Shown: positions 17,116 to 25,657 of the stretch, piece after piece
How positions within the stretch are numbered: the stretch's first letter is position 1
How the letters are laid out: each line of letters opens with the position of its first letter
Program-made: the position numbers and the translations under genes
Notes under the pieces: model-generated
What the model was told of the DNA's origin: nothing
Seen by the model: the letters and a program-made list of their open reading frames with translations, nothing else
Databases searched by the model: none
From: Thermoplasmatota archaeon
GTDB taxonomy: Archaea; Thermoplasmatota; Penumbrarchaeia; Penumbrarchaeales; Penumbrarchaeaceae
Assembly (NCBI GenBank): GCA_965234725.1
Contig: CBDDUX010000050.1
Span: 1-40,596 of the forward strand
DNA: 40,596 nucleotides
Direction: 5' to 3'

Positions 17116-17475
17116 TTATTCTCCGTGATGTCCGATGACCGTTGCTTTCCTGGACCGTTCCAGTTTCCCCTCATCAAGGTCCTTCAGCAAACGATCCACA
17201 TCTCCGCCCTGTGACCTGAAAACATCAATACCGGCGGAAGAGATCACTTTGAAAGCATTAGGTCCCAGGTCGGGTGCGATAAGAACTTCAACTCCTTGGG
17301 ATACAACCGATTGAGCTGCCATGATCCCGGCACCTCCCATGTCCTTAGCCTCGTTTTCCTTGCTGGTCCTCTCTCCTGTTAAAGTGTCTACGAACAGAAA
17401 CCTCTCGCATCTTCCGAACCTTTCATCCAGGACCTCTTCTCCCACGGGTCCTTTTACTGGTATAGCAATTTTCAT
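17116..17475 (-). CDS. NifB/NifX family (dinitrogenase FeMo-cofactor biosynthesis domain) protein
   Basis: MKIAIP...RFGRC..F...GAGI.AAQ....GV.VLI...GPNAF.V...AGI signature. Confidence 0.92.
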   Translation of the reverse strand: MKIAIPVKGPVGEEVLDERFGRCERFLFVDTLTGERTSKENEAKDMGGAGIMAAQSVVSQGVEVLIAPDLGPNAFKVISSAGIDVFRSQGGDVDRLLKDLDEGKLERSRKATVIGHHGE

Positions 17476-17478
17476 CTT

Positions 17479-17823
17479 TTATTCCTCCTTTGGTCCTTCA
17501 TCCTTTTTATATCTGAAATCTCCGCCTTCTATCCTGATGGCCATTCCACCGGTCAAAGCTTCTAGGAGCTTTTTCCTCCCGCTTTTAAGGTCGGTGGCAA
17601 ATGATCTCCGGGAAATGCCCATCCTTTTCGAGGCATTCTCCTGGTCAAGTCCCAGTAAATCAATTAGCCTCATGGCTTCCAGCTCTTCGTGAGTAAGGAT
17701 AACCCTATCCAGGTCTATCATGGGGACTCCAACAGGTTTGAATGTAGTGAAATTGGGAATGAATCCAACGGTCCGAGGACATCGGTTCCGTCCAGGACCT
17801 ATTCCATCTCCAGATCGAGGCAT
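17479..17823 (-). CDS. DUF134 family predicted DNA-binding protein
   Basis: MPR...R.V......FKP.G........L..EELEA.RL.D..GL.QE.A...MGISR......L...RKK...AL..G.AIRIEGG. Confidence 0.92.
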   Translation of the reverse strand: MPRSGDGIGPGRNRCPRTVGFIPNFTTFKPVGVPMIDLDRVILTHEELEAMRLIDLLGLDQENASKRMGISRRSFATDLKSGRKKLLEALTGGMAIRIEGGDFRYKKDEGPKEE

Positions 17824-17829
17824 AATTCA

Positions 17830-17876
17830 CCCATATGGGCAATATTATTTATAATTATCATCATATGGGAATATTA
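17830..17876. promoter_or_regulatory. paired CATATG-core palindromic sites flanking a TATA-like element upstream of the DUF134 operon
   Basis: cccatatggg (17830-17839) and tcatatggga (17861-17870), each followed by aatatta, on either side of tttataa. Confidence 0.55.
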
Positions 17877-18022
17877 AGGCCCATTTTACTCCTATCATTT
17901 CAGATCAATATGGACCAAAGAATGAATTGGAACAATAGGATCGTTGATAACGACCTTCTATCGAAGACTATCCTTTAATAAATGAGGGCAACCAACTAAA
18001 TAATGTATCCGTTGATGTGAAA

Positions 18023-18565
18023 TCAGATCAAACCGGCATCTGTGAGTTCTTTTACAACCTCTTTCAGTGCCAGATCGATATCCTTTATCTCCTTGGCACC
18101 GGTACATACTATCTTTCCGGACCCGAAAAGAAGCATGACGACCTTGGGTTTATCAACCCTGTAAACGAGTCCGGGGAACTGTTCCGGTTCATACTCAACC
18201 TTCTCCAGACCCAGGGATATTGCAATAGTGTTCAGGTTGAGCTCCTTCTTCATATCCGCAGTGGCAACGATGTTCTGGATCTTTATCTCAGGCTCATCCG
18301 TTACATCGATCCCTATCTTCCTGATGTTGTTAAGGACGATCCTCACCGCCTCGTTCACCATCTCGATGTTCTTGGCACCAGTGCACACAAGTTTCCCTGA
18401 GGTGAACAGTAGCATGGCGGTCTTTGGTTCCTTCAACTTGTAGATAAGACCTGGAAATTTCTCCGGGACGTACTCTGCATCGTCCAAGGCCATCGAGATC
18501 TTCTGCAGGTCAAGCGTGGTTCCGGCAGAGCCGGAGGCAACAACATTTTCAACCTTTATGTCCAA
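18023..18565 (-). CDS. tbp: TATA-box-binding protein
   Basis: Two direct repeats (NVVAS...Y.PE.FPGLIY...PK...LLF.SGKLVCTGAK; NIVATA...YEPEQFPGLVY...LLFGSGKIVCTGAK). GGTGA SD before the TTG start. Confidence 0.98.
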   Translation of the reverse strand: MDIKVENVVASGSAGTTLDLQKISMALDDAEYVPEKFPGLIYKLKEPKTAMLLFTSGKLVCTGAKNIEMVNEAVRIVLNNIRKIGIDVTDEPEIKIQNIVATADMKKELNLNTIAISLGLEKVEYEPEQFPGLVYRVDKPKVVMLLFGSGKIVCTGAKEIKDIDLALKEVVKELTDAGLI

Positions 18566-18710
18566 AGGATCACCCTGTAAATTGTTATGGAAGGGTCCTT
18601 TTCTCTGGACGGTACTACCCGCCCATGGACCATCTCCCTTTTTAAAGGCTATAGCATGTTAGTATTTAAAGTTTAAATAAAGAAATACTCATGGACATCG
18701 ATGTGGGACA

Positions 18711-19250
18711 ATGATCAACCTAAGGACGGAAAGGCTGGAGTTAAGGGAATATCAGGAAAGCGATATGGAAGAGATAGCGGAGAAGATCAACGATGAGACA
18801 GTCACCAGATATACCCTCAATATTCCCTATCCATACCAGAAGAAGGACTTCTTCGATTTTCTTGAGATGATAAGAAAAGAAAAGGAGAATGGGTCTTCCT
18901 TGACCCTCTGTCTGCACTTACGTGAGGATGGTAGTGCAATCGGAGGCATAGGCCTCCACAAGATCGAAAGTAACAATGAAACAGCGGAGATCGGGTATTG
19001 GATCTCCAAGGAGCATAGAGGGAAGGGATTGGTAACAGAAGCTGTTAAGGCTTTGATCAGGTACGGATTCACCGAAATGGGCCTTCACAGGATACAGGCA
19101 GTGATCTTCGAACCGAATGATATATCAAAGAAGGTCCTGAAAAGGGTTGGATTTACTTATGAGGGGAAGATGAGGGAAAGATATCTCAAAGATGGCAGGA
19201 GATATGATGGGCTCATGTTTTCGATCATCTCAACTGACCAAAATATTTGA
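18711..19250 (+). CDS. RimJ/RimL family GNAT N-acetyltransferase
   Basis: LRTERLELR, AEIGYWI...HRGKG...EAV, LHRI.A.....N..S..VL...GF..EG. Confidence 0.93.
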   Translation: MINLRTERLELREYQESDMEEIAEKINDETVTRYTLNIPYPYQKKDFFDFLEMIRKEKENGSSLTLCLHLREDGSAIGGIGLHKIESNNETAEIGYWISKEHRGKGLVTEAVKALIRYGFTEMGLHRIQAVIFEPNDISKKVLKRVGFTYEGKMRERYLKDGRRYDGLMFSIISTDQNI

Positions 19251-19334
19251 GCCATCCATACCTCATGAATGGATGAAATTCAAATTCCGCAACAAAGTAT
19301 AAGATTATGTACAAAGTAAAGGAGAACGATACAC

Positions 19335-20003
19335 ATGGAATGGACAGAGATTATTTCACTTTGGCTCAAAGAAGGAGAGGAAGGAGCGGAGATGTTGTTA
19401 GACTATCCCTGGGACATCGAGGTAAAACCTGTGGAAGGACCCATCGAGAGGGAAGTTGTAGTGGCCACTCATCCAAAGATCCCTTTCAATGTAGAGGTGG
19501 TCGTATCAAAGCATTTCACAAATCTTGTGGTCAATCCCGTCATACCAACGGATGCACTTCCTGCAGAGGAGAGGATGAGAATGTACAAGAAGCTCCTCCA
19601 TCTCAATACAGACCTCAATCTGATGAAGGCCGGATTGGTGGGTTACGATGATCAGCCGATAATCCAGGTTGACCTGGACCTTGAATCCATTTCCAAGAAG
19701 GAGTTCAATGACGCTCTTACCCTTCTGATTATGGGGGCCCAGAACCTGATCAATATTCTTGGTCTTGAGGATAAGGTCCAGATATTCATGGTGGAGAGGT
19801 TCAAGCAGTTCATAGCTTTGAAGCTCTCATCCGGTGAGACTGAAGAGGATATACTTGATTTCCTGACTCAAAGGGGCGGCCTTGATAAGGATGTTGCAAA
19901 GGAACTTTACGATCAGGTCACCAGGATCCTGAAGGAAGAAGGGGAAGGTAATACAGATACCACACCTCCCGCTGTGGATTACGACGGACCTATGTACGGT
20001 TGA
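19335..20003 (+). CDS. hypothetical protein with possible YbjN/type III chaperone-like domain
   Basis: 222-aa ORF with GGAG SD. The Y.KLL.LN......K.GL......DL......KEF..AL pattern resembles YbjN/CesT-like folds. Confidence 0.7.
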   Translation: MEWTEIISLWLKEGEEGAEMLLDYPWDIEVKPVEGPIEREVVVATHPKIPFNVEVVVSKHFTNLVVNPVIPTDALPAEERMRMYKKLLHLNTDLNLMKAGLVGYDDQPIIQVDLDLESISKKEFNDALTLLIMGAQNLINILGLEDKVQIFMVERFKQFIALKLSSGETEEDILDFLTQRGGLDKDVAKELYDQVTRILKEEGEGNTDTTPPAVDYDGPMYG

Positions 20004-20184
20004 TTTCCCCGTAATCACCAACCCAACTTTAAGGCATATGCTTACTTGTACCGTTATTCATTTCATTAAAAATGCCAAACATTTATATACTAATATAGAC
20101 CTTACACTACTAAGAACCATACACTATTGTGCCCCTTACATTACCAGAGGGGATGGGAACGCTCTTGTATGGGAGGTCGAACGT

Positions 20185-21117
20185 ATGAAGATGAGATGGA
20201 AAGGATTCCTCGCCATTACAGGAATGATCATGGTCATTACTCTTGCCTGGCTGGGATTTATCGGTGCTATGGGATACTTCGAACTTGAACGTGAGGAGAT
20301 CTCAAGGACCTTTGTTTTGGATCCAGGAGCAAATCTATCGGTCAAGAACTATGACGGTAAGACCGAGATCGATCTGTGGGAAGGGGATACCGTTGAATTG
20401 AAGTTCATCAAGAAGACCAGGTTCGGAAAGGATGAACTCGACAGGGTGGAACTGAAGGTGGAGAACGATGGCGACCTTTTTCTGGGACTGAAAAGGGAAC
20501 GTTTCATTGACTGGATAGAGACGGATTTCGAGATCCGTGTCCCGTCATTCATCAATGTGACAAATGTTGAGAATGAGCTAGGTAGGATAGTCATTGATGG
20601 TGTTTCTGGCAACCTGACCGTGAAAACAGAAAGCGGTGGGATAAGAGTGAACAACGTTGATAATGTCCAGAAGATCAGTTCCCAAAGCGGTGGCATTGAG
20701 GTGACCAACTGCGATCTTGTCAGGACCGTGAGCACCCATGACGGCGGGATCAATATCGAAGACTGCGAAGTTGTAAGGTATGTAAAAGTTGAAAACGGCG
20801 GAATAGCTGTAAGTGATACAAGCTACCTGATCGAAGCATCTGCCGAGAATGGCGGGATACATATCGAGGTGAAGGACATCCTCCCTGAAGGTATGCTCCT
20901 AACAACAGAGAACGGCGGGATCATCCTGATGATCCCGGAGGAGACCGATGCGAACTTTGATATGAGGGTAGAGAACGGAGAGGTCCTGCTGAAGGATTTC
21001 AGCGCCCGTTCCTATGCCATAGATCACGAAGAAGAGAAGGTAGGTTCCGTCAATAATGGAGGTCCTTTGATCAAGCTCAGGGCTGATAATGGCGGGATAA
21101 TCCTTGAGGGGGTGTGA
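20185..21117 (+). CDS. DUF4097 family beta-strand repeat protein
   Basis: N-terminal TM; repeated (E/S)(N/S)GGI motifs; GGPLIKLRADNGGI C-terminus. GGAGGT SD before ATG 20185. Confidence 0.88.
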   Translation: MKMRWKGFLAITGMIMVITLAWLGFIGAMGYFELEREEISRTFVLDPGANLSVKNYDGKTEIDLWEGDTVELKFIKKTRFGKDELDRVELKVENDGDLFLGLKRERFIDWIETDFEIRVPSFINVTNVENELGRIVIDGVSGNLTVKTESGGIRVNNVDNVQKISSQSGGIEVTNCDLVRTVSTHDGGINIEDCEVVRYVKVENGGIAVSDTSYLIEASAENGGIHIEVKDILPEGMLLTTENGGIILMIPEETDANFDMRVENGEVLLKDFSARSYAIDHEEEKVGSVNNGGPLIKLRADNGGIILEGV

Positions 21118-21122
21118 TATGC

Positions 21123-21485
21123 ATGTCGAAGAAACAAGAAAGGGACGTAAAGTTCGAAAAGGACATCATCACCGGATTGATCTCCCTCATCCTGCTTGCC
21201 ATTATAAAAAAATCCAATGGGCCTATGTATGGATATCAGATCGCAAAATCCATGGAGGAAGTGAACGAGACCGGAATAGACCTCAAACAAGGTACGATAT
21301 ATCCGGTCCTTCGAACGATGGAGAAGAAAGGTCTCCTTTCAAGCGAGATAAAGGCCTCGGAATCAGGCCCTCCAAGGAAATATTACCTCATCACCAGTGC
21401 AGGAAAGGAGAAATTGAAGGTCTGGACCAAAGCATGGGAGAGGACCTCCCTGCTTGTTGAGAATGTCATGAAGGGGGAATACTGA
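21123..21485 (+). CDS. PadR family transcriptional regulator
   Basis: MYGYQI, GTIYPVLRTMEKKGL, GPPRKYY.IT..G. Confidence 0.95.
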   Translation: MSKKQERDVKFEKDIITGLISLILLAIIKKSNGPMYGYQIAKSMEEVNETGIDLKQGTIYPVLRTMEKKGLLSSEIKASESGPPRKYYLITSAGKEKLKVWTKAWERTSLLVENVMKGEY

Positions 21486-22387
21486 TGAAGCGCTACCAGA
21501 CCATCAGGGAGTATATATCGGATCTTCGATCCGAACTGAAAGGTATCGATGAGGCCATCGTTGTGGATGCGGTTGATGATGCCACCGAACACCTGGAGAT
21601 GATGCTGGAAGATATCCAAGAGACAGAGAAGGTCACCCCAAGATCAAAAGCAGTGGAAGAAGCCATTAAAAGATATGGGTCTCCCAAACTGATAGCTAAG
21701 GAATACATTGCAAACGATTCCGAGCTGAAGGAAAAACGGGAGATTAAACAGAGAAGGAGAAAGGAAGAGACTCTGTTACAATCGATATTCAATGTGTACA
21801 AGGACCCTTACAGCTATCTTGGGATCTTCTACTTCCTGCTCCTGTTCCCATTGGGTATCTTCTACTTCACATACATAGTTACGATGTTGGCAGTGGGAGT
21901 CGGACTTGCGATCACTATCGTCGGTCTGCCCCTCCTGGTTCTTTTCCTACTCTCGGTATACCCCATCTCATGGCTCCATGGAAGGTTGACCGAATTCACA
22001 TTGGGAATCAAACTGCCCAAGAAACCGAGGAAGCTGAGGGCGAGAGGAGGAGCATGGAACAGGGTCAAGACCATCTTCAAGGACCCGAGGCTTTACTCCT
22101 CACTGCTGTATCTGCTGCTGATGTTCCCTCTCGGGATCATATATTTCACACTGGTATTCACGCTGCTCGGAGTATCATTGTTCCTTCTTGTAACACCGAT
22201 ACTGGCATTGTTCGGAATTGTGGTTGGATATCCGGTAGGTCTTCCGGGAGACCCGGTATTCCTGTTTGCACAGGCAATAGTTGGATGGGTCCTCGGGTTC
22301 CTTCTCTTGACATGGACACTCCATCTCGTAAATCTGCTCGGAACATTCCAGGGCTGTCTCTCCAGGTGGCTCTTGTTGAAAAGATAA
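21485..22387 (+). CDS. HAAS/DUF1700-like N-terminus plus membrane sensor domain protein
   Basis: EYI..LR..L...EHL...EAI..YGSP..IA.EY, followed by two repeats of Y.LL.FPLGI.YFT TM blocks. Confidence 0.85.
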   Translation: MKRYQTIREYISDLRSELKGIDEAIVVDAVDDATEHLEMMLEDIQETEKVTPRSKAVEEAIKRYGSPKLIAKEYIANDSELKEKREIKQRRRKEETLLQSIFNVYKDPYSYLGIFYFLLLFPLGIFYFTYIVTMLAVGVGLAITIVGLPLLVLFLLSVYPISWLHGRLTEFTLGIKLPKKPRKLRARGGAWNRVKTIFKDPRLYSSLLYLLLMFPLGIIYFTLVFTLLGVSLFLLVTPILALFGIVVGYPVGLPGDPVFLFAQAIVGWVLGFLLLTWTLHLVNLLGTFQGCLSRWLLLKR

Positions 22388-22505
22388 AGATAGTAAGAAG
22401 TACCCAAGAATGGATGAACCGAACCCACCGAATGTGAATTGGACAGAAAAGGTTGAAATATACATCTATTCCTGATAGACCTGAAGAAAATAATGGGGTC
22501 ATCAC

Positions 22506-24203
22506 ATGAGATCATTATTCGCATTAATCTCCGGTCTGATAGTGGTTCTTTCCATCCTGATCTCGGTCCCTGCATCAGGGATGGAAGACCAGTTCATAGA
22601 GGATGATCAAGGGGATGTCATGATGTTCGAGACCATTGAGACGATCATTGATGGTTTTGGGGAGATAGACATCCTCTCTCTCAAAGCTGAAGAGGACCTG
22701 ACCACAGTTTTCATCACTCTTACCACCAGGGATGATATCAGTTCCGAAAGCGGTTATTCATACGATATCAATGTGGGTGGATTCTATGTATGCTACTCCG
22801 AGGGAGATCTGGAGATCAATAGCTATTCTGATTCAACCTCAGCCTACGGCGGGGTTGTCGACAACACCATTCAGGTCTTAATTCCAAAGACAGAATTGGA
22901 GCCAGCATGGTTCTATCTCGCTGCTAGTACAATGTATTATGATTGGGAAGAGTTCATGGAAGAAGGAATGTCAACGTACAGCGATGATATCTCAGAGGAC
23001 ATGTTCGATGATGACACGGATGATATCACCAGGGTCGGTCCTATTGATCTATTCGCAAGGGAGATCGAGGATCCCGAAGGGGATGTTGTGGAGACCACCA
23101 ACGTGGAGACCCCGGTATCGAACCATCCGGAATTGGATATCATCTCTATCTCTGTCACTGACAACGGGGATGGATCGATCATCGTGGAGATGGAACTTTA
23201 CGGGGCTGTATCCACCGATGATAACGTCTCATATTCCATATACATGACAGATGCCTCAATAGATTACTCAGGTGGAAAGGGACAGATCCTCTACTATGAT
23301 GGAGGAAGAATGACAACGGCCGTCACACATTCTGAGAATACCATCAGGGTGGTCCTTGTGGGATCGAGGATCTCGGATATGTCCTACATCAACGCTGATG
23401 CAAGCTTCACGGATATGACAGAAGGCACCTGGATATCTGACCAGGCAGGAATGGAAAGCTGGTGGGATGATGGATGGGAAGGAATGTTCGACATGGAGAT
23501 CTCCATCAAGGTCATGTTCAAGGATATCGATGAGATAGAGATCAGATTCCAAACTACCCACGGGGCTGGTAATTATACAAAAATGATGAGATCGGGAATG
23601 GACACCGATGGAGATGGAACAATCACCCAGGACGAGATCGATGAATCATTTGAAGATGATGATATGGAGGAGGTATTCGATCCGGGTACATTCACAATGG
23701 ATGGAAAGGATCCCATTGTGGAGACCGAGATCGTCTACACAGGACTGCTGGGACCTGCTGACAGCAATGCATCCATCGAATTGGTCCAGATCATGATGTT
23801 GACCTTCGATCTCGAGGACCTCGATTCACATACCTTCAGGATCGATCCGGTTTCGGAGGATCCAGATCAATCCTCAGATGATGACGGAGATGATGATGGG
23901 GATGAAATAATTGAGGACCTATTTCCTGTAACGCTAGAAATAATGCTCCCTGATGGTTGGACAGTTGATCCGGATACATTATCACCAAAGGACCTGAAGG
24001 ATCGAATGGATAACGGGAAGATCCTAATGGATGGAGAGGACCTCGGGGATCTTGAAGATGATGACTCCGTACTCTCCATTACATTCCTAAAAGATGATGG
24101 AAGCTCAGGGAATGATGTTGGAATGGGACCTGTGATCCCCATATTGGTGATCATATTATTGTTCTCATCTATTTTCCTGGCACATAGAAGGAAGAGAGAG
24201 TAG
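22506..24203 (+). CDS. acidic secreted/surface protein with tandem domains and C-terminal anchor
   Basis: Signal peptide; two IED..GDV...(E)IDI.S repeats; EF-hand-like DTDGDGTITQDE; TM + RRKR tail. Confidence 0.85.
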   Translation: MRSLFALISGLIVVLSILISVPASGMEDQFIEDDQGDVMMFETIETIIDGFGEIDILSLKAEEDLTTVFITLTTRDDISSESGYSYDINVGGFYVCYSEGDLEINSYSDSTSAYGGVVDNTIQVLIPKTELEPAWFYLAASTMYYDWEEFMEEGMSTYSDDISEDMFDDDTDDITRVGPIDLFAREIEDPEGDVVETTNVETPVSNHPELDIISISVTDNGDGSIIVEMELYGAVSTDDNVSYSIYMTDASIDYSGGKGQILYYDGGRMTTAVTHSENTIRVVLVGSRISDMSYINADASFTDMTEGTWISDQAGMESWWDDGWEGMFDMEISIKVMFKDIDEIEIRFQTTHGAGNYTKMMRSGMDTDGDGTITQDEIDESFEDDDMEEVFDPGTFTMDGKDPIVETEIVYTGLLGPADSNASIELVQIMMLTFDLEDLDSHTFRIDPVSEDPDQSSDDDGDDDGDEIIEDLFPVTLEIMLPDGWTVDPDTLSPKDLKDRMDNGKILMDGEDLGDLEDDDSVLSITFLKDDGSSGNDVGMGPVIPILVIILLFSSIFLAHRRKRE

Positions 24204-24206
24204 ATC

Positions 24207-24689
24207 TCAGCGACTTTCCTTTCCCCTCATACCTTCGACGTCCAGTCTGAGGACCATCAATCTTGAATATGCACTGTCCTTGGAAAGGAATCTTTCATTC
24301 ATAGCATCTGGGTCCTTCTCAAGGTGATGGAACATGGTCCTCATGCCGAACTTCTTCTCCTGAAGGGTTTCCACCGGGGATATCTTCCCGAAGAGAACTA
24401 CGGATCTGAACTTGTGCGAGCATTCACCATGAATGTAACCAAGGTCCTCTATCACAGTAGCAGCACATTTTGGGTTCTCTTCCATTATCTTCAGTTTAAG
24501 CCCTTCCATTGCCGTGTGGAAATACAGACGGTCCGGTTCCTCTGCGAAACCATAGCTCAGGGTGACGATGTAAGGTTCGTCCATGGATGATAGGGCAATA
24601 ACAGCAAACCTCCCTTTCTTCAGGATCTTTCTGTTCTCCTCCAAAGAATCGATCTCTTTTTCAGCTTTTTTCATCCCATGATATGCCAT
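24207..24689 (-). CDS. pyridoxamine 5'-phosphate oxidase / NimA-like flavin-binding protein
   Basis: PYIV.LSYG...LYFHTA.EG.K......NP...FRSVV.FG pattern. Start placed at ATG 24689 (ORF track 24746). Confidence 0.9.
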   Translation of the reverse strand: MAYHGMKKAEKEIDSLEENRKILKKGRFAVIALSSMDEPYIVTLSYGFAEEPDRLYFHTAMEGLKLKIMEENPKCAATVIEDLGYIHGECSHKFRSVVLFGKISPVETLQEKKFGMRTMFHHLEKDPDAMNERFLSKDSAYSRLMVLRLDVEGMRGKESR

Positions 24690-24756
24690 TTCCAATACTA
24701 TACCCCCGCAGGGTCTCCTAAACTGTAAAGGGTCATATATATACACTCATCAAGGT

Positions 24757-25596
24757 ATGATCATGACCATGGAAAGAGTGGATATTCCATGGAAGAAGAT
24801 GAACGACGGTCATTCGATCCCCATGCTGGGCCTTGGAACCTACAGGTCAGGTATCGGGAGGCAGACCAGGGATTCGGTTCTACATGCATTCAAGGTTGGT
24901 TACAGACATATCGATACGGCTTCCGTATACGGGAACGAAAGGGATGTTGGAGAGGCGATCAGGCTCTCCGGTCTTGAAAGGGAAGAGGTGTTCATAACGA
25001 CCAAACTCTGGAACACTGACCAGGGTTACGAACCAACCATCAAGGCAATTGATAGGAGCCTAAAGGTGATGGAGATGGAATATGTGGACCTTTACCTTAT
25101 CCACTGGCCTGTTTCAGGTACATGGAAGGGATCCTGGAAGGCCATGGAACAACTGAAAGAAGAAGGAAAGGCAAGGTCCATAGGCGTATCCAATTTCACA
25201 GTGGAACATCTGGACGAACTACTTCTTAAAGCCAATATCGTTCCCGCGGTCGATCAGGTCGAGTTCTCACCATTCCTCTATCAAAAGGAGCTGCTTGACC
25301 ACTGTAGTAAAAAAGGGATCGTCTTAGAATCATACAGCCCATTGACCAAGGGAATAAGGCTCTCGGACCCTGTATTGATTGATATTGCAAATGACCAGGG
25401 GATGACACCTGCCCAGGTATTGATAGGATGGTCCATAAATCATGGTCTGGTCACGATACCAAAGTCCACAAAACCCGAAAGGATAGAGGAGAACCTCAAG
25501 GCCCTCACATTCAAGATCGATCGGTCTGCAATGGAGCTCCTTGATGGTCTTCACGAGGAATTAAGGACGGGGTGGGACCCGTCCAATGAACCTTAG
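24757..25596 (+). CDS. aldo/keto reductase (2,5-diketo-gluconate reductase-like)
   Basis: LGLGT, GYRHIDTA..YGNE, TKLWN, DLYLIHWP, SIGVSNF, IPKS...RI.EN. Confidence 0.95.
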   Translation: MIMTMERVDIPWKKMNDGHSIPMLGLGTYRSGIGRQTRDSVLHAFKVGYRHIDTASVYGNERDVGEAIRLSGLEREEVFITTKLWNTDQGYEPTIKAIDRSLKVMEMEYVDLYLIHWPVSGTWKGSWKAMEQLKEEGKARSIGVSNFTVEHLDELLLKANIVPAVDQVEFSPFLYQKELLDHCSKKGIVLESYSPLTKGIRLSDPVLIDIANDQGMTPAQVLIGWSINHGLVTIPKSTKPERIEENLKALTFKIDRSAMELLDGLHEELRTGWDPSNEP

Positions 25597-25657
25597 GAAC
25601 AGGTCAAAAGGCATATACATGCACGTTCATTCAACGTCCATGAAGGGCGTGGGACGG

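Noticed and set aside
17116-17475. Nitrogen fixation inferred from the NifX-like gene
   Set aside because: Stand-alone NifB/NifX-domain proteins with DUF134 are widespread in non-diazotrophs, and no nifHDK is present.
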